Positions 56,942 through 64,000 of a stretch of DNA of 64,000 nucleotides are shown here, in pieces. Position 1 is the first letter of the stretch. Each line of letters begins with the position of its first letter. The position numbers and the translations under genes are program-made. Origin of the DNA: Candidatus Omnitrophota bacterium (GTDB lineage Bacteria; Omnitrophota; Gorgyraeia; Tantalellales; Tantalellaceae); NCBI GenBank assembly GCA_015231405.1, contig JADGBR010000002.1, forward strand, positions 4,642 through 68,641, read 5' to 3'. The notes under the pieces are model-generated. The model did not search any database. It had not been told where the DNA came from and worked only from the letters and a program-made list of their open reading frames with translations.

Positions 56942-57633
56942 ATCTTTATCCTAAAAAGGTCCATGAACATGCTGAAGGAACTGTTAAAGACCTTGACCTT
57001 GGTGTGAGGGTCATTTTCCCATACAACGCCGGCTTCTTTTATCTTGTACCCTTTTCGCCTGAGCAGGTACAGCATCTCAACGTCGTAACAAAACCCGTCA
57101 ATTTTCATTATTTTTGCGGTTTCCCTGGCGGAAGCGCCCTTAAAAAGCTTGAAACCGCATTGGGTGTCGTTGAAATCCCCGATCAGCAGGGCTTTTACGA
57201 AGAGATTGAAGGTCTTACCCATCGTTTCCCTCAGCAATGGCTGGTGTTTAACCACTTTGGAATCACTGACATCGCGCGAACCTATTACGACGTCAAACCC
57301 CTTATCCATGAACGCTATTAACTTGTCGACCTCAGATATCGGCGTCGAAAGGTCAGCGTCGGTAACAAGCACCAGATCCCCTTTCGCGGCGAGGACACCT
57401 CTCCTCACCGAAAAACCCTTGCCCATATTCTTCTCGTTACTGATAACGATAAGTTTCCCTGGAGCGAACGGGCTTTTCTTCGCTATATCCGCCGTAGCGT
57501 CCTTACTTCCGTCGTCGACGACAATGACCTCATGGTCATATTTTTTCGAGGAAAGGAACTTATGAACAGCCGAAAGCGTCCCCCCCAGGCTCCGCTCCTC
57601 GTTATACGCAGGTATCACTACAGACAACAACAT
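56929..57633 (-). CDS. Dolichyl/polyprenyl-phosphate beta-glucosyltransferase-like GT2
   Basis: SVVIPAYNEE, VDDGSKD, NMGKG, DADLSTP, DTQCGFKLF, DVE. Confidence 0.9.
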   Translation of the reverse strand: MLLSVVIPAYNEERSLGGTLSAVHKFLSSKKYDHEVIVVDDGSKDATADIAKKSPFAPGKLIVISNEKNMGKGFSVRRGVLAAKGDLVLVTDADLSTPISEVDKLIAFMDKGFDVVIGSRDVSDSKVVKHQPLLRETMGKTFNLFVKALLIGDFNDTQCGFKLFKGASARETAKIMKIDGFCYDVEMLYLLRRKGYKIKEAGVVWENDPHTKVKVFNSSFSMFMDLFRIKMWYG

Positions 57634-57656
57634 GAGATCTCCCTATTCAGCTATCC

Positions 57657-57756
57657 GCATAGCGCATAGAGCAAAGCGCATAGCGTATTTGTATTCTATA
57701 TGTGGCTGGTCCCTCTTGCAATTCGTGCGCCATGCGCTCTGCGCTTTGCGCTATGC
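57657..57756. repeat. Inverted heptamer-array element (GCATAGC/GCTATGC type)
   Basis: gcatagc gcataga gcaaagc gcatagc (57657-57684), about 44-nt spacer, gccatgc gctctgc gctttgc gctatgc (57729-57756); contains the TAG stop at 57751. Confidence 0.9.
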
Positions 57757-58476
57757 CGAATACTCCCCCCGCAAATCCGCCATCTTGATCATTACAAGGC
57801 TCTTGAACGATCTTATCCCATCCCTAAGGGGCTTAACCTTCGACGTCAGTTTATGTTCCCACTTGACCGGAACTTCCGTCACCCTCAGCTTGAATTTTTC
57901 AGCCAGGAAAAGGACTTCCGTATCGAAAGACCAATCGTCCATTTTCTGCGCCGAAAAGAGTTTTTTCGCCGCTTCGCTCCTAAAGAGCTTGAAGCCGCAA
58001 TTAAGGTCCCGAACGGAACAGCCGAATATTATCCTCGAAAGCAATATATATACCTGCCCCATCATCACCCTCGATAACGGTTCCGGAACAATGATCTGCG
58101 AACCCCTCTCGCGCCTTGTCCCGATGGCTATGTCGGAATGTTTAATGACCCCGAGAAATTTGTCTATTTCCGATATCGACGTCGAATTGTCGGCGTCCAT
58201 GAAAAGGACGACATCGCCCCTCGACGCCATGATACCCTTACGGACGGTATACCCCTTGCCTTTATTGACCTCGTTCCTGAGGACCTTGAACTCCTTGAAA
58301 AGACGGCGGCCCGAACATGCTTCACCAAAAGTCCCGTCGCCCGAACCGTCATCGACGACTATCACTTCGCTTGAATAGTCTTTTTTTGAAAGAAAGCCCG
58401 ATATCTCCCGAAGAGTATCCCCGATATTTTTTTCCTCGTTATACGCAGGTATGACCACTGAGAGATAAATATCCAC
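57751..58476 (-). CDS. Dolichyl/polyprenyl-phosphate beta-glucosyltransferase-like GT2 (tandem paralog)
   Basis: SVVIPAYNEE, VDDGSGD, NKGKG, DADNST, DLNCGFKLF, FDTE. Confidence 0.9.
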   Translation of the reverse strand: MDIYLSVVIPAYNEEKNIGDTLREISGFLSKKDYSSEVIVVDDGSGDGTFGEACSGRRLFKEFKVLRNEVNKGKGYTVRKGIMASRGDVVLFMDADNSTSISEIDKFLGVIKHSDIAIGTRRERGSQIIVPEPLSRVMMGQVYILLSRIIFGCSVRDLNCGFKLFRSEAAKKLFSAQKMDDWSFDTEVLFLAEKFKLRVTEVPVKWEHKLTSKVKPLRDGIRSFKSLVMIKMADLRGEYSA

Positions 58477-59636
58477 TATGCCCCTTTTTTAATGAATTCC
58501 GTGACCTTCTCTATGACATACGCTATTGCTTCTCCGGAAAGCTCAGGATAGACCGGCAGGGATATTATCTCATCCGATAATTTCTCCGATACCGGATAAT
58601 CTTTTTTATCGTAACCGCATGAAGCGTAACATTTCTGGCTGTATAACGGTACCGGATAATACACCCTGGCCCCTATCCCGTTCGCTTCCAGAAAATCCTT
58701 AAGTCCTTCCCGGTCCTTGACCGCTATGGTGTATTGGTGATAAGTGTGTACGTTCCCCGGCGCCACTTTAGGCGTCCTTATCGGCAGACCTTTAAATGCG
58801 GAGTCGTATTTAGCGGCTACACTTCGCCTCGCTTCGAGCCATTTGTCAAGATATCTGAGTTTCACTCTGAGAACAGCCGCCTGCAGGCTGTCCAGTCTTG
58901 AGTTATACCCCAATTCTTCATGTATGTATTGCGTCTTGCTCCCGTGAACTCTTAACGACTTTACATGGTCGATGAGATCCTTATTATCGGATATCACCAT
59001 ACCCCCGTCGCCGAAACCGCCGAGATTTTTACTCGGGAAAAAACTTAAACAGCCCGAATCACCCAAAGATCCGGCCTTTTTACCCCTATAGGTAGCCCCT
59101 ATAGCCTGGGCCGTATCCTCTATTACCTTAAGCCCGTATTCCCCGGCGATATCGAGTATCCGCGTCATATCCGCGCATTGCCCGTACAGGTGCACCGGAA
59201 TTATGGCCTTGACTTTGCCCTGCTGACCATGGCCCATGGACGATGGACCATGGACCTTGGCGTTGTGGTTCTTCAAATACTCTTCCACCTTATTTACGTC
59301 GATGTTATACGTTTCCGGATCTACGTCCACGAATACCGGCCGGGCTCCGACGATAGATATAGCTTCGGCCGTAGCCATAAAAGTGAACGGCGTAGTTATC
59401 ACCTCGTCTGCCCGGCCTATTCCGAGCGCGACGAGCGACAATATCAAAGCGTCTGTCCCCGAAGCGACTCCGGAAGCGTATTTCGTCCCGGAATAAGCGG
59501 CCACCTCATCCTCGAGCGCTTTGACCTCTTCAGATAAGATGAACTTCTGGCTGCCGATGACCCGGAGAACCGTCTCATCTATTTCTTTCTTAATGCTTTT
59601 ATACTGCGCTTCGAGATCTAGTAATGGTACTTTCAT
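58476..59636 (-). CDS. DegT/DnrJ/EryC1/StrS PLP-dependent sugar aminotransferase
   Basis: SGTDAL, FTFMAT, PVHLYGQ, EDTAQA, SFFPSKNLG, GDGG, NSRLD. Confidence 0.95.
   Translation of the reverse strand: MKVPLLDLEAQYKSIKKEIDETVLRVIGSQKFILSEEVKALEDEVAAYSGTKYASGVASGTDALILSLVALGIGRADEVITTPFTFMATAEAISIVGARPVFVDVDPETYNIDVNKVEEYLKNHNAKVHGPSSMGHGQQGKVKAIIPVHLYGQCADMTRILDIAGEYGLKVIEDTAQAIGATYRGKKAGSLGDSGCLSFFPSKNLGGFGDGGMVISDNKDLIDHVKSLRVHGSKTQYIHEELGYNSRLDSLQAAVLRVKLRYLDKWLEARRSVAAKYDSAFKGLPIRTPKVAPGNVHTYHQYTIAVKDREGLKDFLEANGIGARVYYPVPLYSQKCYASCGYDKKDYPVSEKLSDEIISLPVYPELSGEAIAYVIEKVTEFIKKGA
59225..59260. repeat. Tandem heptamer repeat (GACCATG x5, degenerate), in-frame inside the aminotransferase
   Basis: gaccatg gcccatg gacgatg gaccatg gaccttg; encodes KVHGPSSMGHG. 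Confidence 0.85.
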
Positions 59637-59680
59637 TATTTTCCTCTCTGTTCTTTGGTTGGTTTTTATTCACCATTTTC

Positions 59681-59753
59681 GGGCGCGATAAATCGCGCCC
59701 CTACATCACCCTAAACTCGCTAACGAGCTCGGGCCGGGGGACCCCGCCCCTAC
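59681..59753 (-). repeat. Two GTAG-type REP palindromes in tandem
   Basis: Minus strand GTAGGGGCGGGGTCCCCCGGCCC (59753-59731) and GTAGGGGCGCGATTTATCGCGCCC (59704-59681). Confidence 0.85.
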
Positions 59754-61561
59754 TCTTCATCATACTCAAGGGCGTTCTTCTCCGCAAGATGCCGCCTGAT
59801 CTTGCCGACTGAATTCTCGACATCCTCTGGCCGTTCTATTACCAGATCCGGCTCGATATCGGTCGTGACCTTATTACCTACCCAGATAACCGTAATATTA
59901 TCGGACTCGACCGACGTCCGTATCAGATCTATGTCTTCCCGCGAGAATTCTATGGCCGTCACGATGAGTATCATCCCAGCGTCTATCATTATATGCGAAA
60001 CTTCGGCCAGACGCCTTATATGTTCTTCTTTATCGTTCCCTGCCCCCTTTATATCGGCGTCCACGCCGTAAAGCACGTTGACCATACCCAGAAAATAAAC
60101 GATCTTCCCTTCGCTGAATAGGTCTTCCTCAAGCTTCTTAGCTATCGTTTTTCTCGCCGCGTCCTTTTCTCCGGTAACGACAATGAGCCAGGGCTTCTGG
60201 CCATATCGCCTGTGCCTTAGGCGATATGGTATCGCGCTTTTCTCCCATTTAATGTCCCTCTGTATGACCTTGTCCCTTGACCATGATTGCTTATCTTTCA
60301 GCGGTTCAAGAATTATCCCCCCGCCGGCTATGTTGTTGTCCGACACCAGAACGAACCTGGATGTTTCCCGGATATCGGAGACAATGTCAAAGGACATCGG
60401 TCTCTTAAGTTTGATCACACATTCCCCTACTTTGTTCCTTAAAAGAGAATTTTCGCCTGTATCCTTATCCAAGTCTTCCGGGTCAAAGATCTTATCGATA
60501 CTCTCAAGGACCGCGCTTCCCCTGGCCGTTCCAAGCTTGAGCGTGTATTCCTTATCCTTTACCATTGGCGACTCTGACAACCAGAAAACGCTGGCCCGGA
60601 GTCGCGAAGTTACATTCGGTCTAGGGCCTTCTTTCTTAACGGCTATCTCACCCCTTTTGACGTATATTTCCTCCGCTAACGTAAACCCCGGAGAATCTCC
60701 TGCCGAAGCTTCCAGCTTCGGCGCTGAATTGAACGTCTCTATGGACTTTAGCCTGGCACATTTTCCTGAAGGCAAAAAAACGATCTCATCGCCCGCCTTT
60801 ACGCTTCCAGAAACGACCCTGCCCGCGACTATCCTTCTGGAATCACCGAATTTTGTGAATTTATAAACATCCTGCACCGGCATCCTGAAAGGCCCTTCCG
60901 TTAATACGGGGATACCATCGAAACCGTCAAGCGACTCCAAGACCGTCCGCCCGCCATACCAGGGGGTCTTTTCGCTTCTTACCGTAACGTTATCCCCCAT
61001 AAGTCCGCTTGCGGGTATGAAGGAAACCGGAACTAACCCGACTTTGTCGAGAAACCCGGAAAATTCCGATTTCACGGCTTCGAATCTGGAACGGTCGAAA
61101 GATACAAGGTCCATCTTATTTACGATGACAACGATAGTTTTTATCCCGAGAACACCTAGGAGATACCCGTGCCTTTTCGAGTTCTCCCTTACGCCTTCCA
61201 AAGCGTCAATGACAAGGAACGCCGCGTCGGCGCGAGAGGCTCCTGTCACCATATTGCGGATGAACTCCACATGCCCCGGCGCGTCGATCACTATATAATC
61301 CCTTTTTTTTGTCTTGAAGAACACCCTTGCCGAATCAATCGTTATACCCTGAGATTGTTCATCCTTGAGGGCGTCTATCAAAAAAGCGTATTCGAAAGGC
61401 CTGGAATTCAAACGGCACGTCTCCCTGACGCTTTCTAGCTTCCCCTGAGGAAGTGCCCCCGAATCGGCTAGAAGCCTCCCCAGCACGGTACTCTTCCCGT
61501 GATCCACATGCCCTGTGAACACCACGCTGAATGTGTCTCTGTCCTTTACTGCCAACTCCAT
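59750..61561 (-). CDS. cysN: Sulfate adenylyltransferase GTPase subunit with degenerate C-terminal APS-kinase domain
   Basis: [30 protein letters not shown]; C-terminal EHIRRLAEV with a broken P-loop. Confidence 0.9.
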   Translation of the reverse strand: MELAVKDRDTFSVVFTGHVDHGKSTVLGRLLADSGALPQGKLESVRETCRLNSRPFEYAFLIDALKDEQSQGITIDSARVFFKTKKRDYIVIDAPGHVEFIRNMVTGASRADAAFLVIDALEGVRENSKRHGYLLGVLGIKTIVVIVNKMDLVSFDRSRFEAVKSEFSGFLDKVGLVPVSFIPASGLMGDNVTVRSEKTPWYGGRTVLESLDGFDGIPVLTEGPFRMPVQDVYKFTKFGDSRRIVAGRVVSGSVKAGDEIVFLPSGKCARLKSIETFNSAPKLEASAGDSPGFTLAEEIYVKRGEIAVKKEGPRPNVTSRLRASVFWLSESPMVKDKEYTLKLGTARGSAVLESIDKIFDPEDLDKDTGENSLLRNKVGECVIKLKRPMSFDIVSDIRETSRFVLVSDNNIAGGGIILEPLKDKQSWSRDKVIQRDIKWEKSAIPYRLRHRRYGQKPWLIVVTGEKDAARKTIAKKLEEDLFSEGKIVYFLGMVNVLYGVDADIKGAGNDKEEHIRRLAEVSHIMIDAGMILIVTAIEFSREDIDLIRTSVESDNITVIWVGNKVTTDIEPDLVIERPEDVENSVGKIRRHLAEKNALEYDEE

Positions 61562-61572
61562 CGCTCCTCGTT

Positions 61573-61666
61573 GCTTTCAGCTATCGGCTTTCAGCTATCA
61601 GCTATCAGCTTTTAATGTAGGCTAAACACAATAAAACTGAAGGCTGAAAGCTGGAGGCTGATAGCT
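61573..61666. repeat. Inverted heptamer-array element (GCTATCA/TGATAGC type), copy A
   Basis: gctttca gctatcg gctttca gctatca gctatca gct; core tttaatgtaggctaaacacaataaa (61611-61635); actgaag gctgaaa gctggag gctgata gct. Confidence 0.92.
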
Positions 61667-62546
61667 ACATATACCCCTCACGCCTAAGCGTCTCAAGCCC
61701 CCCACCGTCCTCACGATCCTGTGCCCTTCCCGAACGCTCGGCGATATTCGAGAATTTACCGGTCCTAAGCTCTTCGACTATTTCAGCCGGATCTTTTGCG
61801 TCGGACTCCACCGGGAAAGTGCATGGGTAGCAGCCAAGCGACCTGTATCTTTTACCGCCACCTTTACTGTAATACAATGAGACAGTAGGTATCTTTTCCC
61901 TGTCTATGTATTCCCACACATTAAGTTCGGTCCAGTCAAGAAGCGGGTGGATCCGGAGATGCGCTCCCGGGGGGAAATCGGTATTGTAATAGTTCCAGAA
62001 TTCAGGCGGCTGTTCCCCTATATCCCAGGCGTTCTCTTTATCCCTGGAAGAGAAATATCTTTCCTTGGAACGGGACCCCTCCTCGTCAGCTCTTATCCCG
62101 GCTATTATGCCCGTAAAAGGATCGCCGTTCGGATCTTGAACATACTTGCCCTTACCATGGTCAAACCTGTAACGTACACCTTCGGCGCTCAAAACCTCTT
62201 TCAGTGCCTGTGTCTTTAAAAGTCCGCAGCATGTGATACGGTCGGTTTTGCCTGCGGGATAGGAATTTCCTGACCCGATAGCAGTCTCATTCTTGCCATA
62301 GACCATATTAAGATGCCACTCACGCGTAATCTTATCGCGGTATTCGATCATTTCGGGTATTTTGTAAGAAGTGTCTATATGTATGAGCGTAAAGGGGACA
62401 TGCCCGAAAAAAGCCTTTCTCGCGAGCCAGAGAAGCACGGTCGAATCCTTCCCGATTGACCAAAGCATCCCCAAATTCTTAAAATTGGCATAAGCCTCCC
62501 GTAGAATATATACACTCTTATTTTCTAAGATATCTAAATGATTCAT
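61665..62546 (-). CDS. cysD: Sulfate adenylyltransferase subunit 2
   Basis: [46 protein letters not shown]. Confidence 0.93.
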   Translation of the reverse strand: MNHLDILENKSVYILREAYANFKNLGMLWSIGKDSTVLLWLARKAFFGHVPFTLIHIDTSYKIPEMIEYRDKITREWHLNMVYGKNETAIGSGNSYPAGKTDRITCCGLLKTQALKEVLSAEGVRYRFDHGKGKYVQDPNGDPFTGIIAGIRADEEGSRSKERYFSSRDKENAWDIGEQPPEFWNYYNTDFPPGAHLRIHPLLDWTELNVWEYIDREKIPTVSLYYSKGGGKRYRSLGCYPCTFPVESDAKDPAEIVEELRTGKFSNIAERSGRAQDREDGGGLETLRREGYM

Positions 62547-62550
62547 TTTT

Positions 62551-62648
62551 TTCAGCTTTCAGCTATCAGCTTTCAGCCTTCAGCTTTATTGGGGTTAGCT
62601 TACATTAAAAGCTGACAGCTGATAGCTGAAAGCTGAAGGCTAAGAGCT
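62551..62648. repeat. Inverted heptamer-array element (GCTATCA/TGATAGC type), copy B, core inverted relative to copy A
   Basis: ttca gctttca gctatca gctttca gccttca gc; core tttattggggttagcttacattaaa (62585-62609); agctgac agctgat agctgaa agctgaa ggctaag agct. Confidence 0.92.
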
Positions 62649-63160
62649 TACAAGTATCTCTGAATATACTCTATCACTTTCCGAACCGACTCCTCAACAC
62701 TCTCCACGCCAGTATCAACGACCAGCTCCGGCCGTTCGGGCGCTTCATAAGGATCGCTTATGCCGGTGAACCTGTCTATCTCGCCGCACCGCGCCTTCTT
62801 ATACAACCCCTTGGCATCTCTTTTTTCGCACTCCCCGACAGAGGCCGAGACATAGACCTCAATAAAAGTCGAACATCTTTTCCTCGCGAATTCCCTGGAG
62901 GCTTTATAGGGGCTAATGAACGAAGCCAGGACGATGACGCCGTGTTTCTCCAATAACGATGCTATGAAACCGATCCTTTTTATATGCTCATTACGCTCTT
63001 TTTCCGTGAACCCCGTGCCCGGAAAAATATCTCTGACCGCGTCCCCGTCGAGCGTCTCGACCTCATATCCCTTTCCGGACAAATACTTCGCGATCTCTCG
63101 GGCAAGGGTGCTCTTTCCCGATCCGGAAAGACCGGTAAACCATAAAACGAACGGTGTCAT
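62648..63160 (-). CDS. cysC: Adenylyl-sulfate kinase
   Basis: WFTGLSGSGKST, LDGD, FISPY, RDAKGLY, FTGISDPYEAP. Confidence 0.95.
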   Translation of the reverse strand: MTPFVLWFTGLSGSGKSTLAREIAKYLSGKGYEVETLDGDAVRDIFPGTGFTEKERNEHIKRIGFIASLLEKHGVIVLASFISPYKASREFARKRCSTFIEVYVSASVGECEKRDAKGLYKKARCGEIDRFTGISDPYEAPERPELVVDTGVESVEESVRKVIEYIQRYL

Positions 63161-63180
63161 TGCCTTTTGCCACCCCCATT

Positions 63181-63327
63181 TAGTGATGGGTGATGATATC
63201 TGTGGGATAACTTGCAGTGATGTATGACGGGTGAATGTTCATGCTGAAAACTGTCGAATATTCAGGATGACCATTGACCCCTCACTCATCACCACAGATT
63301 GCCAACTCACAACGTCACCCATCACTA
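63181..63327. repeat. Long imperfect intergenic inverted repeat (GTGA-rich)
   Basis: tagtgatgggtgatg pairs with cgtcacccatcacta (14/15); nested atctgtgg/ccacagat and agtga/tcact. Confidence 0.7.
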
Positions 63328-63343
63328 CAAATCACCCCTATTA

Positions 63344-64000
63344 TTACTGACGATTCTCCCTAAACCACTCGATAGTCCGCCCGAGACTCTCCTCGATAGA
63401 CACTTTCGGCTCCCAACCGAGCTTCTCCCTGGCCTTGGTGATATCCGGCCTTCTCACCTTGGGATCGTTCTCGGGGAGAGCTTTGAATACTATCTTGCTC
63501 GATGACCCGGTCATCTTCCTTATAAGCTCCGCCATTTCAATGAGCGTCATTTCCCTGGGGTTACCGATATTGCAGGGTTCGTTAAGGTTTGAGTTCATAA
63601 GCCTTATTATTCCCTCAACAAGGTCCGATATGTAACAAAAACTTCTCGTCTGGTTCCCGTCACCGTAAACTGTCATGGGCTCGCCCTTCAGCGCCTGGTC
63701 TATGAAATTCGGCACGGCGCGTCCGTCATTGTGTCTCATGCGTTCCCCAAATGTATTGAATATCCTTATGATCTTCGTGTCTATCCCATGGGCCCTGTGA
63801 TACGCGAGGGTTAGGGCCTCGCTAAAACGTTTCGCCTCGTCATATACCCCGCGCGGCCCTACCGGGTTAACGTTGCCCCAGTACGTTTCGGGCTGGGGGT
63901 TAACGAGAGGATCGCCGTACACCTCCGAAGTCGATGCCAGGAAGAATTTGGCCTTATATTTTTTCGCTACTCCGAGAGCGTTATGCGTCCCGAGAGACCC
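63344..64000 (-). CDS. UDP-glucuronate decarboxylase (UDP-xylose synthase)-like SDR, 5' end outside window
   Basis: [55 protein letters not shown]. Confidence 0.92.
   Translation of the reverse strand, partial: GSLGTHNALGVAKKYKAKFFLASTSEVYGDPLVNPQPETYWGNVNPVGPRGVYDEAKRFSEALTLAYHRAHGIDTKIIRIFNTFGERMRHNDGRAVPNFIDQALKGEPMTVYGDGNQTRSFCYISDLVEGIIRLMNSNLNEPCNIGNPREMTLIEMAELIRKMTGSSSKIVFKALPENDPKVRRPDITKAREKLGWEPKVSIEESLGRTIEWFRENRQ

Noticed and set aside
2008-62648. Heptamer arrays as CRISPR repeats or integron attC sites
   Set aside because: Units are 7 bp with no unique spacers between them, no cas or integrase gene is present, and the ends lack the RYYYAAC/GTTRRRY pattern.
308-63635. Numerous plus-strand ORFs in the track (e.g. 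1180-2055, 4436-5098, 24858-25556, 57632-58378, 60183-60866)
   Set aside because: They are antisense shadows of well-supported minus-strand genes and show no recognisable motifs.

Overview
The window lies inside one very large bacterial surface-glycan (LPS/capsule/glycoprotein) biosynthesis and modification locus. About 55 CDS are present, all on the minus strand except one B12-type radical SAM gene, and both ends cut through genes. Recognisable blocks: GT4/GT2/GT9 glycosyltransferases with WecB, an acetyltransferase and an epimerase; several polyprenol-phosphate-sugar modules (GT2 + GT-C membrane transferases + flippase); a Campylobacter Cj1415-Cj1418-like phosphoramidate pathway coupled to a CDP-alcohol phosphotransferase; a nonulosonic acid pathway (NeuB/C/A) with a PseA-type amidotransferase, HisH/HisF paralogs, two AsnB and several methyltransferases; and sulfate activation (cysC, cysD, cysN). 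Two features stand out. (1) A divergent RtcB-family GTP-dependent ligase is translationally coupled into a module with a GT4-HprK-like kinase fusion, a flippase, a GT-C and a formyltransferase-deacetylase fusion. (2) A set of small elements built from inverted arrays of 7-bp repeats (five different heptamers) sits at gene junctions; one heptamer is also found in-frame inside two proteins, and two copies sharing a 25-bp core flank cysD in opposite orientations. GTAG-type REPs, GTCATTCCCGC-type palindromes, a protein-coding palindrome and a 10-bp-phased array next to a BldC/Xis-like HTH gene are also visible. No rRNA, tRNA, CRISPR array, transposase or integrase was seen. The host is not determinable; an Omnitrophota-like organism is only a guess. 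All family calls come from motifs read by eye, not from database searches.
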